A DNA stretch of 33,569 nucleotides from Promethearchaeota archaeon (GTDB lineage Archaea > Asgardarchaeota > Thorarchaeia > Thorarchaeales > Thorarchaeaceae), in NCBI GenBank assembly GCA_048937485.1, contig JBHLND010000003.1, positions 1-33,569 of the forward strand, written 5' to 3'. Below the pieces are notes generated by a model that saw only the letters and a program-made list of their open reading frames with translations, was not told the DNA's origin and made no database searches. Position numbers and translations under genes: made by a program. Below, piece by piece: positions 1-9,121 of the stretch. How positions within the stretch are numbered: the first letter of the stretch is position 1; each line of letters starts with the position of its first letter.

Positions 1-3000
1 GGGTCAACTTTCCATGAAATCTTGTGGGTCAACGAAATCCCAGATTCATTGTAGACTCCCGCGAAGTCAAGATAGTAGTCAAATCCAGTCAGTGTGTTGC
101 CGTAAGTATCTGTGATAGTGAAATCAAATGTCACATTGTATTGATTGAGAACTGGACTTGGTGTGATCGAAAGGTCTACGCTAGCGTAGCCCTTCACGTA
201 TAATTCCATTGGAAGTGACTGCGATAATAAGTAGTCATGTGAAATTCCGATGGTGACATTGTATAGACCTAGCGGAAGCCCCGCAGTTGGAACATCTCTG
301 GAATAGACCCCAGCAATTACTTCCGTCAAAGTGTATATGCTCCCGCGAATTGTAGCGGTAACATAAGCCCCTGAGATGGGATAGCCTGCCAGATCGTCGA
401 GGACAACTGTGAAATTTATCTGATCGCCTTGGAGGTGTGTCGACTGATTCAGGGGAGAGGACACACCTGACATTGGGTTTCCAATGACATCCACCCAGAC
501 TACAAACTCAGTCTGGGATAGAAATGGTCCTGTTATTGTCATGTTCAATGGATACTGTCCCGGGTAGACATGTGGCTGGAAGTCCCAGAGGACTTCATAG
601 TAATACGATGTGCCTGACCGAGTGAAGGTGCCAGCAAAGACGAAATTGTAGTCAAATTCATACAGCGGGTTTCCATAGATGTCAACCACTACGAACTCAA
701 AGGTTGCATTTTGGTGGTTGAATACCAAGTCTGGAATATACGTATCAACAACAGCTTGTCCGTTGACAGTCAAATCAAGATACACATCGTTTGTGAACAG
801 GTAGGTATGCCTAACCAGAATAAGTAGGGAGTAATTCGCAGGCGCATAGCCTGTGGTATCCAAATCGGCCCAGTATGTGCCATCTCCACCGGGCGTCAAT
901 AAGAGGCTTTCAGGACTCAACATCGTTACTGTCGCGTCAACCACAGGGATACCCCTCCAATCATTAACGGTGACGGTTAGCCAAGTCAAATCCCCTTGAT
1001 TCAATACCCAACCTATCGACGATTCCACCACAGTATCTGCTACTGAATAGACAAATAGATCGTGAGCGTCGGCCCTCGGTTCTCCAAAGGTGGCCCCTAC
1101 ATACACAGTGAAGCTATGCTGACCAATGCCTAATGAGGCATTTAGTTCCACTCTGAACTCTGCTCCCTCAATATGCGTTGCAGTGTAATTGACTCCATTG
1201 AGGTCCACTTCAACCCACGCTCCCTCGGGTCTGACACCATACGAGTCATAGACAAAAACGGAAACGGTGAAGTTCTTTCCTCCCTCGACGTCGGACTCAT
1301 AGGCGACCGCAGGTGCGAGAGTTCCAGTTACTGCCATATGATACTGTCCAAACCAAGAACCTTCAACATAGGGATGCTGGATGATGATATCAGCTGTGTA
1401 GTTTCCAACTGGCATTGCAGCAATGCTATCCAGCTGATATCTACCAGGTAGAATTTCTACTAATGTGAATTCGATTACCCCAAAGTCCACTGAAACGGTT
1501 GCACCGTCAATTGGATTTCCGTAGAGATCAGTAATATTGAGCCATGTTGTGAAAAACTGGTCCTGAAGAGTTTCTGATGGGGAGTTTCGAGTGATATTCA
1601 GCGAATTGGTAATGACTGAAACGAATCTTGAATGACTTGTTTCGGCTGTTGCATATTCGTGACTAGCGGAAGCGATGACTGGGTGACTACCTGGAGCAAG
1701 TGTAATCCCTGAAATCGAAGCATAATAAGAGCCTTCTATATAGAGTGCAGGATACTCTGCACCATCAAGAGTGACACTAACATCTGCATCTGTAACCTTG
1801 CCCCCGAGGCTGTCAGTTACACTAATATTGATTCCAAGATTGCCTCCTTGAAGGACCCAGGAATCTGTGAACAGAGTGATACTCAGAGGTGACTCCACTC
1901 TGAGAGCATTCACGAATTCATAGCTTACAGAGTCATAATACGAGTGGCCTACAGACAGTGACAAGTTCACCATGCCCATTGGCCAATTCGGCGCTACTGT
2001 TGTACTGTAAAGCCCAGCAATATCATCATAGACCATTCCCATTGTTTGCTCAGAAGTTCCAATGCCAAACCGGTATGAAGCAATTAGCGAAACTGAGGCA
2101 TCACTCACCGGCTCGCCATATACATTCAGAACAGTGGCATTTGCCCATAGACTACTTCCCTGAATGGTCAGATTGGTTTCAAGGTCAAACGTGACATCAA
2201 GGTTATAGAGGAGGTCAATATTACGGATTATCGCCAATGAATTTCGAGCTTTGAAAATTGGGAATGCCAATATGTCATCTCCCGCGCCAACATCCACATC
2301 TCCAATGGGGGCCATGTTGAAAGCGGTGCCTGTATTGGCTCTGTAGTCGATTCTACCATCGAAACTGATTGCGGTAAGGCGGTCGTCTGCTGTTGAGATG
2401 ACAAACTCCATATTGCCATCTCCATCGAAGTCAAGTACTATCCCACTTCTGGGTATTGCCTCACTTACATACACCGACCATGACTCGACAGCTGCGGAGG
2501 TTAGCTCATAAAGCGACGCGTTCCCGCTGGCATCGATGTAGGATAGTTCGTCAACTAGGTCATTATCAATGTCATATGGAAGTGTTACTCTGATATGTTG
2601 ACCAGTAAACGTATAGCTGGGCCAATCACCCACGTTGGCAGTATTCTCATCCACAAGACAGACATAGTTCGTTGGCACGTCTATTAGCCAACTTCGATAG
2701 ACCACCATCAGCTGCGCACTTGAGTGTGTAGAGTTTTCGTATACCTGAATACTGAACGGTTCGTCAGAAATTGTCGAGCCTGGAGAAGTGTAGTTGAGCG
2801 TTTTCAGATAAGTCACATTGTTGAGATGATAGAAGTCGAGTTCGCAGTTATCTCTCAATATGGCAATTTGGGGGTTCGTGCCGAACATATTGACCGACAC
2901 GTAATCCGTGACAGCCGATGTTTCCTTCAGATCTGCCTCAGACCATGAAGCAAAGCCGCCATCTGCTCGGATGAGGAAGGCGCCAGTGATATTCACTCCG

Positions 3001-5024
3001 ACATAGGCTAATTCGTCGATTGCATCTCCATCATCATCTACAATGATCATTCCATGATCATATAACATGGGTCTGGCATTGTAGGTGGCATTTCTCCAAG
3101 ACGTGAATGTATTACCATTGAACGCCCATATCCTAGTATGAGTATAGTTATTTCCGATGAGGATTGGGTCCAATACGTTATCACCATCGAACATACCCGT
3201 GTATACCTCAAATGACTCATCAGTCATAGTTTCGGCAAGAATGAACTCACCAAGTTTATTGAAGTCTGTGTCGAAAGCCCTCAGGCTCGTGGTCTTGAGT
3301 CCCGAATCCGAAATGACAGTGTAGATGCGGTCCTCACCAAGAGAGCTATTTCCCAAAGCCAAGATATGTCTCTGTGCCTGGTCAAATGTGACGTTGTAAT
3401 GTACTCCGGAAGCAAGGTGTCCTTCGACCTTCATGGTATATGGATTCGTGAAATTGCCGTATGAGTAGGTATTCAGATACGGGTCCACAACTTCAATATA
3501 GTATTCATAAGTGCCAGGGAGCAGACCTGTTTCGAAGAAGATGAACTTTCCATTTTGCGCCTCAATCATTTCATTAACTTGATACTCTGATACTATCAGA
3601 TCAGCAGGACGAATGTAGACCAAGGCTTCTTGCACATACATCTCATCTGTAGCAGTTAGTTCAACCTTCAAGTAGGGATCGTAGATAGTTGGATGAGTTG
3701 GGTAAAGAGGATCCAGCGTCACTTGGGGCGGTTCAGTATCACTGAGGAGGACATTGATTTGTCCGTAGAGAGTCACTACATCGTCCCTGCCATCCCCATT
3801 AATGTCATAGGCATGAATCTGTTCAAAGGGAGCTGGCAGTCTTGGATCTTCATAACCCGTTTCCGCATTGAATCCCCTATACAATGCAAATTGCCCCCTC
3901 TCGCCTTCTATTGCGATATCAGTATAAGAATCCGAGTCAAGCAGTCCCGTTGCAAACGCATTCGCAGACATACTGATGCACTCTTCAGCTGAAACTCTTA
4001 TGACCTTTCCATCTGCTCCATCAACCGTGAGCAAATTGAAGTATTGCCCTGGGACAACGACTAGGTCCTCTTGAGAGTCCATGTTGAAATGACCTACTTT
4101 CACATAGGAATTCCCAATGTATTTGTCATCTCTGAGCTCAAATCTACCAGTCAAATTTCCATGGAATCCAACCAGAACACTCTGCATAGCTGGGTGGTCA
4201 TACATGGTCACTGCAAGATTATCGAAGTTTCCTTCATGCTCAAATGAAACAATATCAAATCCGCGAACCATTGGGAGTGACTCAACATGGTCAATTGGAG
4301 TGCCATTACCAGCAATGGTTTCCACATGAGTTTTCTCTAGGCTTGTTGCGTCATCTGTAATATACAGCACCGCAATCTCCTCACCTGGGTCTAATGCAAA
4401 ATCGCCTACAACCGCCTTTACGACTAGATCCGTGAGGGAATTTGGCACAGTGAACATTCCCATGGGCGTGTCAGTGTTTAAATCCTTCATGACGACTCTG
4501 GCTTTATTGTAGACTGCCACATCGATCAAGGCATCGCCATTAAAATCACCAACAATGATTCCCTGCGGATCTGCTGCTGCGTCATAGTTGTATTCTGTCG
4601 TTGAACCGCCTCCGTCAAAATCGACAACCACTAGGTTCAGGTTCGTCATATTGAATTTCATGAACAAGAACTCTGTATGACCATCCATATCCATATCTGC
4701 ACCAATTAGTGTGCGAAAGATTGGGTCTCCGATTCCGATATTCACTGAAGCATCAATATAGTTCACCGGATCCTTGAAGCGAAGAGTGTCATTGAAAATC
4801 CAGGCAATTCCTCTGCCGTGAGTAGTATTCCCTGTAGCAACCGACTCTACGAAATACGGGAGATTGACACTTATCAGATTTGACGCAGGCGCATTTTTCT
4901 CATCATCGCCATGGTGTGATTCGGAGTATCCTTGAAGGGCGACATCGACTGAGCCTATAGGTATCAGTAGGAGAATTACTGCAACTAATGGCACTCCTAC
5001 TTTCAGAAACTCTCTCTGACTCAT
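1..5024 (-). CDS. Giant secreted surface glycoprotein, 3'-truncated by the window edge (>1,670 aa): signal peptide, two FG-GAP/VCBS-like Ca-binding propeller regions separated by an Ig-like domain, then >=8 Ig-like stalk repeats
   Basis: Manual translation of the minus strand from ATG 5024 (MSQREFLKVGVPLVAVILLLIPIGSVD...) showed no stop to position 1; frame checked at 3804, 2430, 1527, 681 and 3. In-frame upstream ATGs lie at 5060 and 5078. DxDGD-type motifs: ADMDMDGHTEF, GDFNGDALIDV, GHFNMDSQEDL, YDINGDGRDDV, GMFDGDNVLDP, VDDDGDAIDEL, YDIDNDLVDEL, LDFDGDGNMEF. Stalk motifs: NVYGEPVSDASV, DSLGGKVTDADV, DLYGNPIDGATV, DSYGVRPEGAWV, DWRGIPVVDATV, DIYGNPL, DLAGYPISGAYV, DTYGNTL. Many NxS/T sequons. 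Absent from the ORF track because there is no stop in the window. Confidence 0.9.
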   Translation of the reverse strand, partial: MSQREFLKVGVPLVAVILLLIPIGSVDVALQGYSESHHGDDEKNAPASNLISVNLPYFVESVATGNTTHGRGIAWIFNDTLRFKDPVNYIDASVNIGIGDPIFRTLIGADMDMDGHTEFLFMKFNMTNLNLVVVDFDGGGSTTEYNYDAAADPQGIIVGDFNGDALIDVAVYNKARVVMKDLNTDTPMGMFTVPNSLTDLVVKAVVGDFALDPGEEIAVLYITDDATSLEKTHVETIAGNGTPIDHVESLPMVRGFDIVSFEHEGNFDNLAVTMYDHPAMQSVLVGFHGNLTGRFELRDDKYIGNSYVKVGHFNMDSQEDLVVVPGQYFNLLTVDGADGKVIRVSAEECISMSANAFATGLLDSDSYTDIAIEGERGQFALYRGFNAETGYEDPRLPAPFEQIHAYDINGDGRDDVVTLYGQINVLLSDTEPPQVTLDPLYPTHPTIYDPYLKVELTATDEMYVQEALVYIRPADLIVSEYQVNEMIEAQNGKFIFFETGLLPGTYEYYIEVVDPYLNTYSYGNFTNPYTMKVEGHLASGVHYNVTFDQAQRHILALGNSSLGEDRIYTVISDSGLKTTSLRAFDTDFNKLGEFILAETMTDESFEVYTGMFDGDNVLDPILIGNNYTHTRIWAFNGNTFTSWRNATYNARPMLYDHGMIIVDDDGDAIDELAYVGVNITGAFLIRADGGFASWSEADLKETSAVTDYVSVNMFGTNPQIAILRDNCELDFYHLNNVTYLKTLNYTSPGSTISDEPFSIQVYENSTHSSAQLMVVYRSWLIDVPTNYVCLVDENTANVGDWPSYTFTGQHIRVTLPYDIDNDLVDELSYIDASGNASLYELTSAAVESWSVYVSEAIPRSGIVLDFDGDGNMEFVISTADDRLTAISFDGRIDYRANTGTAFNMAPIGDVDVGAGDDILAFPIFKARNSLAIIRNIDLLYNLDVTFDLETNLTIQGSSLWANATVLNVYGEPVSDASVSLIASYRFGIGTSEQTMGMVYDDIAGLYSTTVAPNWPMGMVNLSLSVGHSYYDSVSYEFVNALRVESPLSITLFTDSWVLQGGNLGINISVTDSLGGKVTDADVSVTLDGAEYPALYIEGSYYASISGITLAPGSHPVIASASHEYATAETSHSRFVSVITNSLNITRNSPSETLQDQFFTTWLNITDLYGNPIDGATVSVDFGVIEFTLVEILPGRYQLDSIAAMPVGNYTADIIIQHPYVEGSWFGQYHMAVTGTLAPAVAYESDVEGGKNFTVSVFVYDSYGVRPEGAWVEVDLNGVNYTATHIEGAEFRVELNASLGIGQHSFTVYVGATFGEPRADAHDLFVYSVADTVVESSIGWVLNQGDLTWLTVTVNDWRGIPVVDATVTMLSPESLLLTPGGDGTYWADLDTTGYAPANYSLLILVRHTYLFTNDVYLDLTVNGQAVVDTYIPDLVFNHQNATFEFVVVDIYGNPLYEFDYNFVFAGTFTRSGTSYYYEVLWDFQPHVYPGQYPLNMTITGPFLSQTEFVVWVDVIGNPMSGVSSPLNQSTHLQGDQINFTVVLDDLAGYPISGAYVTATIRGSIYTLTEVIAGVYSRDVPTAGLPLGLYNVTIGISHDYLLSQSLPMELYVKGYASVDLSITPSPVLNQYNVTFDFTITDTYGNTLTGFDYYLDFAGVYNESGISLTHKISWKVD

Positions 5025-5321
5025 TGTGCACTGCCGTGCAACAGGTCTGCGACTGCTCATTCTGTGATTCTCAGGCATTTCAATCACTTCGAATAGACTA
5101 GAGCTTTACTCGCCACAAATTGCAGCTGACGGTCTAGTCTCAGATTCGGAAACATAGATGCTTAGAGATACGTTCAAGATAATTTTAGGATTTGTAGCTC
5201 ATAGACAATCCGAAAAATGGAAACTTGACGCTCTGTTAGTGTCGCTTGCTTGAGCGAGTATCCCTATATACTGAAACTCAGCACGCCAACTTGGTTTTCG
5301 CTGAGGAGATGAGATGGACAG

Positions 5322-6143
5322 ATGACCGAATACAGATGGAAGTTACTTGAGAATCCAATTATTGCTGTTGCTGTTCTTATTATCCTCAACACATTCTTTG
5401 TACTGACACCACTGATTCTGAGTTGGTTTGTAACAGGAATCTTTGACACCTTGACTGGTTTAGCTTTCAGATTTGCTGTCCGATTGATACTCTGGTTCAT
5501 GATTGTGCCATTTGTATTGCACCTACCAAATGGGAAAGAACCGTTCAAGGGTTTTCTCAGGAGTATTAGTCTGACTAGCTTTTCTCCAAGAGGCCGCCTT
5601 GCACTAATTACTGTAGTTGGAGCTCTACTGAATCTTGGAGGCATTTTTCTTGCAGCGCTTCTTTATGGTGGATGGACTCTTGACCTGAGCTTGATTGTGA
5701 ATCCGACTAATCCGTCCATCATATACTCCATTAATCCGGGTCTATGGGAGGAAATTGGATGGCGTGGTCTAATTCTGACGTTGCTTTTGAAGAGATTCAG
5801 TTTGAAGAGAGCTGTCGTGTTGAATTCGGTTCTCTTCTCGCTATCCCATTTGATTAATCTCCTCGCGGGCCGACCCTTGTTGGAAATGCTGGGGCAGCTG
5901 ATTTTTGTATTCATGGGCAGCTTATTTCTGGCGCTTCTTTTCATAAGAACAGAAAGCCTCATCCCATGCATAATAATCCACTATGCTGTTGATGCATTCT
6001 CCCCGTTGTTTATGGCTTCATTGCTTTCTGGACCAGACATTTTAGTTGGAGGCGTTTACTTTCTGGTAGGAGCGGCAATTGGAATAATGACTGCTATTGC
6101 ATTCCTTTTGTGGCTAACAAAAGATATGGCCAATGCCGAGTAA
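5322..6143 (+). CDS. CPBP family (CAAX protease/Abi/Rce1-like) intramembrane glutamic endopeptidase
   Basis: Multi-TM protein with the family motifs EExxxR (GLWEEIGWRG), FxxxH (LFSLSH) and HxxxD/N (IHYAVD). Confidence 0.9.
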   Translation: MTEYRWKLLENPIIAVAVLIILNTFFVLTPLILSWFVTGIFDTLTGLAFRFAVRLILWFMIVPFVLHLPNGKEPFKGFLRSISLTSFSPRGRLALITVVGALLNLGGIFLAALLYGGWTLDLSLIVNPTNPSIIYSINPGLWEEIGWRGLILTLLLKRFSLKRAVVLNSVLFSLSHLINLLAGRPLLEMLGQLIFVFMGSLFLALLFIRTESLIPCIIIHYAVDAFSPLFMASLLSGPDILVGGVYFLVGAAIGIMTAIAFLLWLTKDMANAE

Positions 6144-6156
6144 TCCTCACTCGGCA
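6134..6156. terminator. Hairpin between convergent genes (candidate bidirectional terminator)
   Basis: TGCCGAGT-aatcctc-ACTCGGCA is a perfect 8-bp inverted repeat overlapping the CPBP stop codon and lying 20 nt from the opposing stop. Confidence 0.45.
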
Positions 6157-6176
6157 ATGACCTATTCTGCGTTTTT

Positions 6177-6980
6177 CTACTCGCCACTTCGCAAGTAATA
6201 TGAAGCAAATCCTTTCTTTGTCAATATTGGCAATAGTAGAATGGCTAACGCCACAACTGCTGCTGTTCCAATTGCTGCGTAGAAGATGATTGGAATTGCC
6301 ATCTGCTTAGAAGCTATCCCCACTGTTGCCCATATGACAACAAGTCCATAGGCAAAGTCATGACGAATCACTAGCATGAGAAGAGTAATGACCAAGGCAA
6401 CAATGATTACCAGAGCGGTCCACAATTCCTGTGTCGAGATGGGGATTCCTGGTATGATAGTGTTAAGCACTGATGCAATGTTTGCGATGTTTGCCAGTGA
6501 AATCCAACCTGCATAGACACTAATTGGTAGGTGTACAGCAAGCTTCTCTCCCAGAGGTACACTTGTTTTCCCAATCTCAAGCTTGACGTAAGTGTAAAGC
6601 ATAATCACGAGAAAGAGCCCAATAAGAATTGGAGTAAATGCATAGATGGCTGGCAGTCCAAAGGAATAATGGAACAATACGAGCCATGAGATATTGATGA
6701 TACCTCCGATAACATAAAAGATGGCGGTCTGCTTCAAGTATGAGGCATCGCTTTGACTTGAACGAGCCTGATAGATCATGAATACGATTAGGAGGGTGTA
6801 GATGACACCCCATATTGAGAAAACGTATCCCGGCGGAGTGAATAGACTCGGAAAGGAGTCTGAAACTTCTCCTGAAGTAACGCCGTTTAGTGGAATTATG
6901 TTTACTAGAGCATTGAATATTATCGTTGAAATGATTGCTAATATGTTTGCAATTTGAAATTTGTTAAGACTGTTATTCAA
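6177..6980 (-). CDS. TspO/MBR-related tryptophan-rich sensory-type membrane protein
   Basis: About 8 TM helices; motifs SLFTPPGYVFSIWGVIY, INISWLVLF and PISVYAGWISLA. Probable start is TTG 6980 after GGGAGA; the track extends the ORF to 7016. Confidence 0.7.
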   Translation of the reverse strand: MNNSLNKFQIANILAIISTIIFNALVNIIPLNGVTSGEVSDSFPSLFTPPGYVFSIWGVIYTLLIVFMIYQARSSQSDASYLKQTAIFYVIGGIINISWLVLFHYSFGLPAIYAFTPILIGLFLVIMLYTYVKLEIGKTSVPLGEKLAVHLPISVYAGWISLANIANIASVLNTIIPGIPISTQELWTALVIIVALVITLLMLVIRHDFAYGLVVIWATVGIASKQMAIPIIFYAAIGTAAVVALAILLLPILTKKGFASYYLRSGE

Positions 6981-7300
6981 CTCGTCTCCCTCAATTTCGG
7001 AAAACGCATACCGCATATAAAGTTAACTATATTGAATTTATTGGATGGGCGTTACATGGAAGGATCTCTTGGCAAAACGAAGAGCTTTAGTGATGGTGTC
7101 TTGGTCCTCTCCCATCATCTCTTTTTGACTAGTCTGTTATATTCTAAAGCGCATACTAAAAACCGAATAAATCTTTTTGAATCATTAGAAAGGATTAGCG
7201 GGCATTTAGAGCATTATGAACGCCTTTTTGAATTCAAGTTCTGCACTCTCTCTAATGGTCATTATATATACTCATGAGAATGCTCTACGTGGTGATCTAT

Positions 7301-7567
7301 TTGGAGATAGTTGATGCACGCATAACAGGCATTCCACAAGTGCCCCCGAACACAGTTCCTCCAGAGGTTGAGGATCTAATCCTCTGGGCATTTGGGAAGG
7401 CAATAATTGAATTCGAGGCTACACTCTTTCAGAAATTTAACTTGCTCTGTGGCGACATCATTCTGAATAAGAATGAGTTCCAATGGCATCTTAAAAACAT
7501 GGAAGAGCGAGGACTTGTTAAGTCAAGCGAGTTCCGCGGAGTTCGTTCTTGGAGCCGTATTGTCTAG
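7301..7567 (+). CDS. Small winged-helix-like protein
   Basis: Pattern of helix-helix-recognition helix (EFQWHLKNMEERGLV) plus wing (KSSEFRGVRSWSRI). TTATATA at 7262-7268 and SD-like GGTGAT at 7291-7296 favour TTG 7301 over the track start at 7274. Confidence 0.6.
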   Translation: MEIVDARITGIPQVPPNTVPPEVEDLILWAFGKAIIEFEATLFQKFNLLCGDIILNKNEFQWHLKNMEERGLVKSSEFRGVRSWSRIV

Positions 7568-7593
7568 CTTGTTCTAACCATCTCGATGGAGAT

Positions 7594-7616
7594 GAGTGGT
7601 GTGCCGCGCACCACTC
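7594..7616 (+). terminator. GC-rich hairpin downstream of the winged-helix gene
   Basis: GAGTGGTG-tgccgcg-CACCACTC is a perfect 8-bp stem followed by pyrimidine-rich TCTCATTT. Confidence 0.45.
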
Positions 7617-7740
7617 TCTCATTTCGATTCTATCCCAGTGCGAAAACCTTCCAGCTACGTCAGATTGCGCCGACCCCCATTATTATTCTATTATGATGTA
7701 TCTTCTTTTCATCGACTCTGTAGTGGATGGAGATAGAGAC

Positions 7741-8805
7741 ATGTCAAATGGGAAAACATGCGCGCTTCTCCCTCTCATTCTCTTAGTCGGACTTGCTGCT
7801 GTGCCAATTCATGGTGTGATGGTTGTCCAGTCAGAGCGCGTTGAAATAACACCTCTGTTTGCAAGTACTTCAACAGATTTGTCAGGAGTCCGAGTGGCGA
7901 TTCTAGAGGGATACTTCTCTCCAACGGACCCAAGAGTAGAGGAGAGTAGAGGTGCGCTTTATCACATGTTCAATTGGATGAATGCCACAGTGGAGATAAT
8001 CAATTCAACTGACATACTTCATGGTGCCCTATGGGCTTTCGAGATATTCGTGATTCCTGAGGGTCTTGGCCCAGTTATGGAGGCTTATCTCGGAACTTCG
8101 GCTGAAGACATGATACGCGACTGGGTAGCGGCAGGAGGTTCCTATATTGGAGTGCGAGGTAGTTTTACTATAGCCATCACTGACAGCTATTTTGAGGGCC
8201 ATGATGAAACGTACTACCTAGGTTTCATAAACGGTACATCTTATGGGATGGACACCCTAGGTCACACGCTCATAACCGATGTAAGGATTCAGAATGATCC
8301 CGAAGGACCTAATTTGTCCGAGTACCCTGAAACGATGTCAGTGCTATTTAGAACGGGTCGCTATCTTGTTCCAGCCGAAGCGCAGGAGATTATCATAATC
8401 GCAAACTACACATATAATAACCAACCCGCGCTTGTCGCATCTAGATATGGGCAAGGAAATCTCTTCATCTCAAGTCCCCATTTCGAGTATGAGGAGAACT
8501 CTGATCGTGATGGAACCGATTACATGGACAGCTACGATGATCCTGATTCGGAATGGCCTCTTCTACTTACAATATCGCAATGGCTGATTGACGAATCTCC
8601 AACTGTATGCAACACCACAACCTGGACCTATCCAGTTACATCCACAACAACCACAACTACTACCACGTCAGCTACAACATCCACATCAACCACTACCACA
8701 ACCACGGATGTATCAGATATGCTTCCTATGTTGCCTATTGCAGGGGTTGCCATAGGAGTCGTTGTGGTTCTTATTGCAGCGGTGTTTGTGAGGAGGCGAC
8801 CATAG
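7741..8805 (+). CDS. Exported, membrane-anchored BPL_N / class I glutamine amidotransferase-like protein (nucleophile Cys replaced)
   Basis: ATG 7741 after GGAGA; signal peptide (ALLPLILLVGLAAVPIHG); motifs IFVIPEG, IRDWVAAGGSYIGVRGS, YGQGNLFISSPHFE; then a poly-Thr linker, a TM helix and an RRRP tail. The track's extension to 7549 is probably not translated. Confidence 0.75.
   Translation: MSNGKTCALLPLILLVGLAAVPIHGVMVVQSERVEITPLFASTSTDLSGVRVAILEGYFSPTDPRVEESRGALYHMFNWMNATVEIINSTDILHGALWAFEIFVIPEGLGPVMEAYLGTSAEDMIRDWVAAGGSYIGVRGSFTIAITDSYFEGHDETYYLGFINGTSYGMDTLGHTLITDVRIQNDPEGPNLSEYPETMSVLFRTGRYLVPAEAQEIIIIANYTYNNQPALVASRYGQGNLFISSPHFEYEENSDRDGTDYMDSYDDPDSEWPLLLTISQWLIDESPTVCNTTTWTYPVTSTTTTTTTTSATTSTSTTTTTTDVSDMLPMLPIAGVAIGVVVVLIAAVFVRRRP
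8613..8706 (+). repeat. Low-complexity ACN-codon tract encoding a Thr/Ser linker
   Basis: Encodes TTTWTYPVTSTTTTTTTTSATTSTSTTTTTT. Confidence 0.8.
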
Positions 8806-8867
8806 TCAAGAATCTGAAATCGACTACATCGTAGACTTAATCAATCAATGGCAGCTCGATTTCTATA

Positions 8868-9005
8868 ATGTCATGCGATACTTGCGGCACAATCTACAGG
8901 TATGGAAAGAGAGTCAAGGCAGGCAAGAAGTTGTGCATTGACTGCTGGAAGACTGAGGGGAAGAAGAATCGTAAGAAGGCTAAAGATCCTAATAGAGAGG
9001 AATGA
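8868..9005 (+). CDS. 45-aa C4 zinc-finger micro-protein with a basic tail
   Basis: Manual translation: MSCDTCGTIYRYGKRVKAGKKLCIDCWKTEGKKNRKKAKDPNREE*. Two CxxC motifs; below the ORF-track size cutoff; fills an otherwise empty gap. Confidence 0.7.
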   Translation: MSCDTCGTIYRYGKRVKAGKKLCIDCWKTEGKKNRKKAKDPNREE

Positions 9006-9121
9006 ATCAACTCTATGTGTATTCATATACACTTACGCTTCGGTATGAATGGGTGAGCGCATGTTCATGTGTCTGCTTTGACACAGGAGATAACATATCA
9101 AAGGAACGCTAGTTCGTATGC

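Noticed and set aside
1173-4329. Short track ORFs (1173, 1958, 2228, 2724, 3693, 4117)
   Set aside because: They are antisense or off-frame shadows of the giant minus-strand CDS, which has coherent motifs throughout.
5001-5057. Tat-like signal (SQREFLK, with upstream SRRP) in the giant protein
   Set aside because: The twin arginine is absent from the FLK-containing motif and the RR upstream lacks the consensus. A heavily glycosylated protein of >1,600 aa is more plausibly Sec-exported.
6954-7277. 107-aa plus-strand ORF
   Set aside because: It overlaps the TspO-like start and spans the divergent promoter region; no motif or SD.
7549-7740. 64-aa N-terminal extension of the BPL_N ORF
   Set aside because: It runs through a terminator-like hairpin; the SD and signal peptide fit ATG 7741.
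8613-8706. ACC/ACA/ACT repeats as a possible CRISPR array or microsatellite
   Set aside because: No repeat-spacer structure; codon third positions vary, as expected for a poly-Thr linker.
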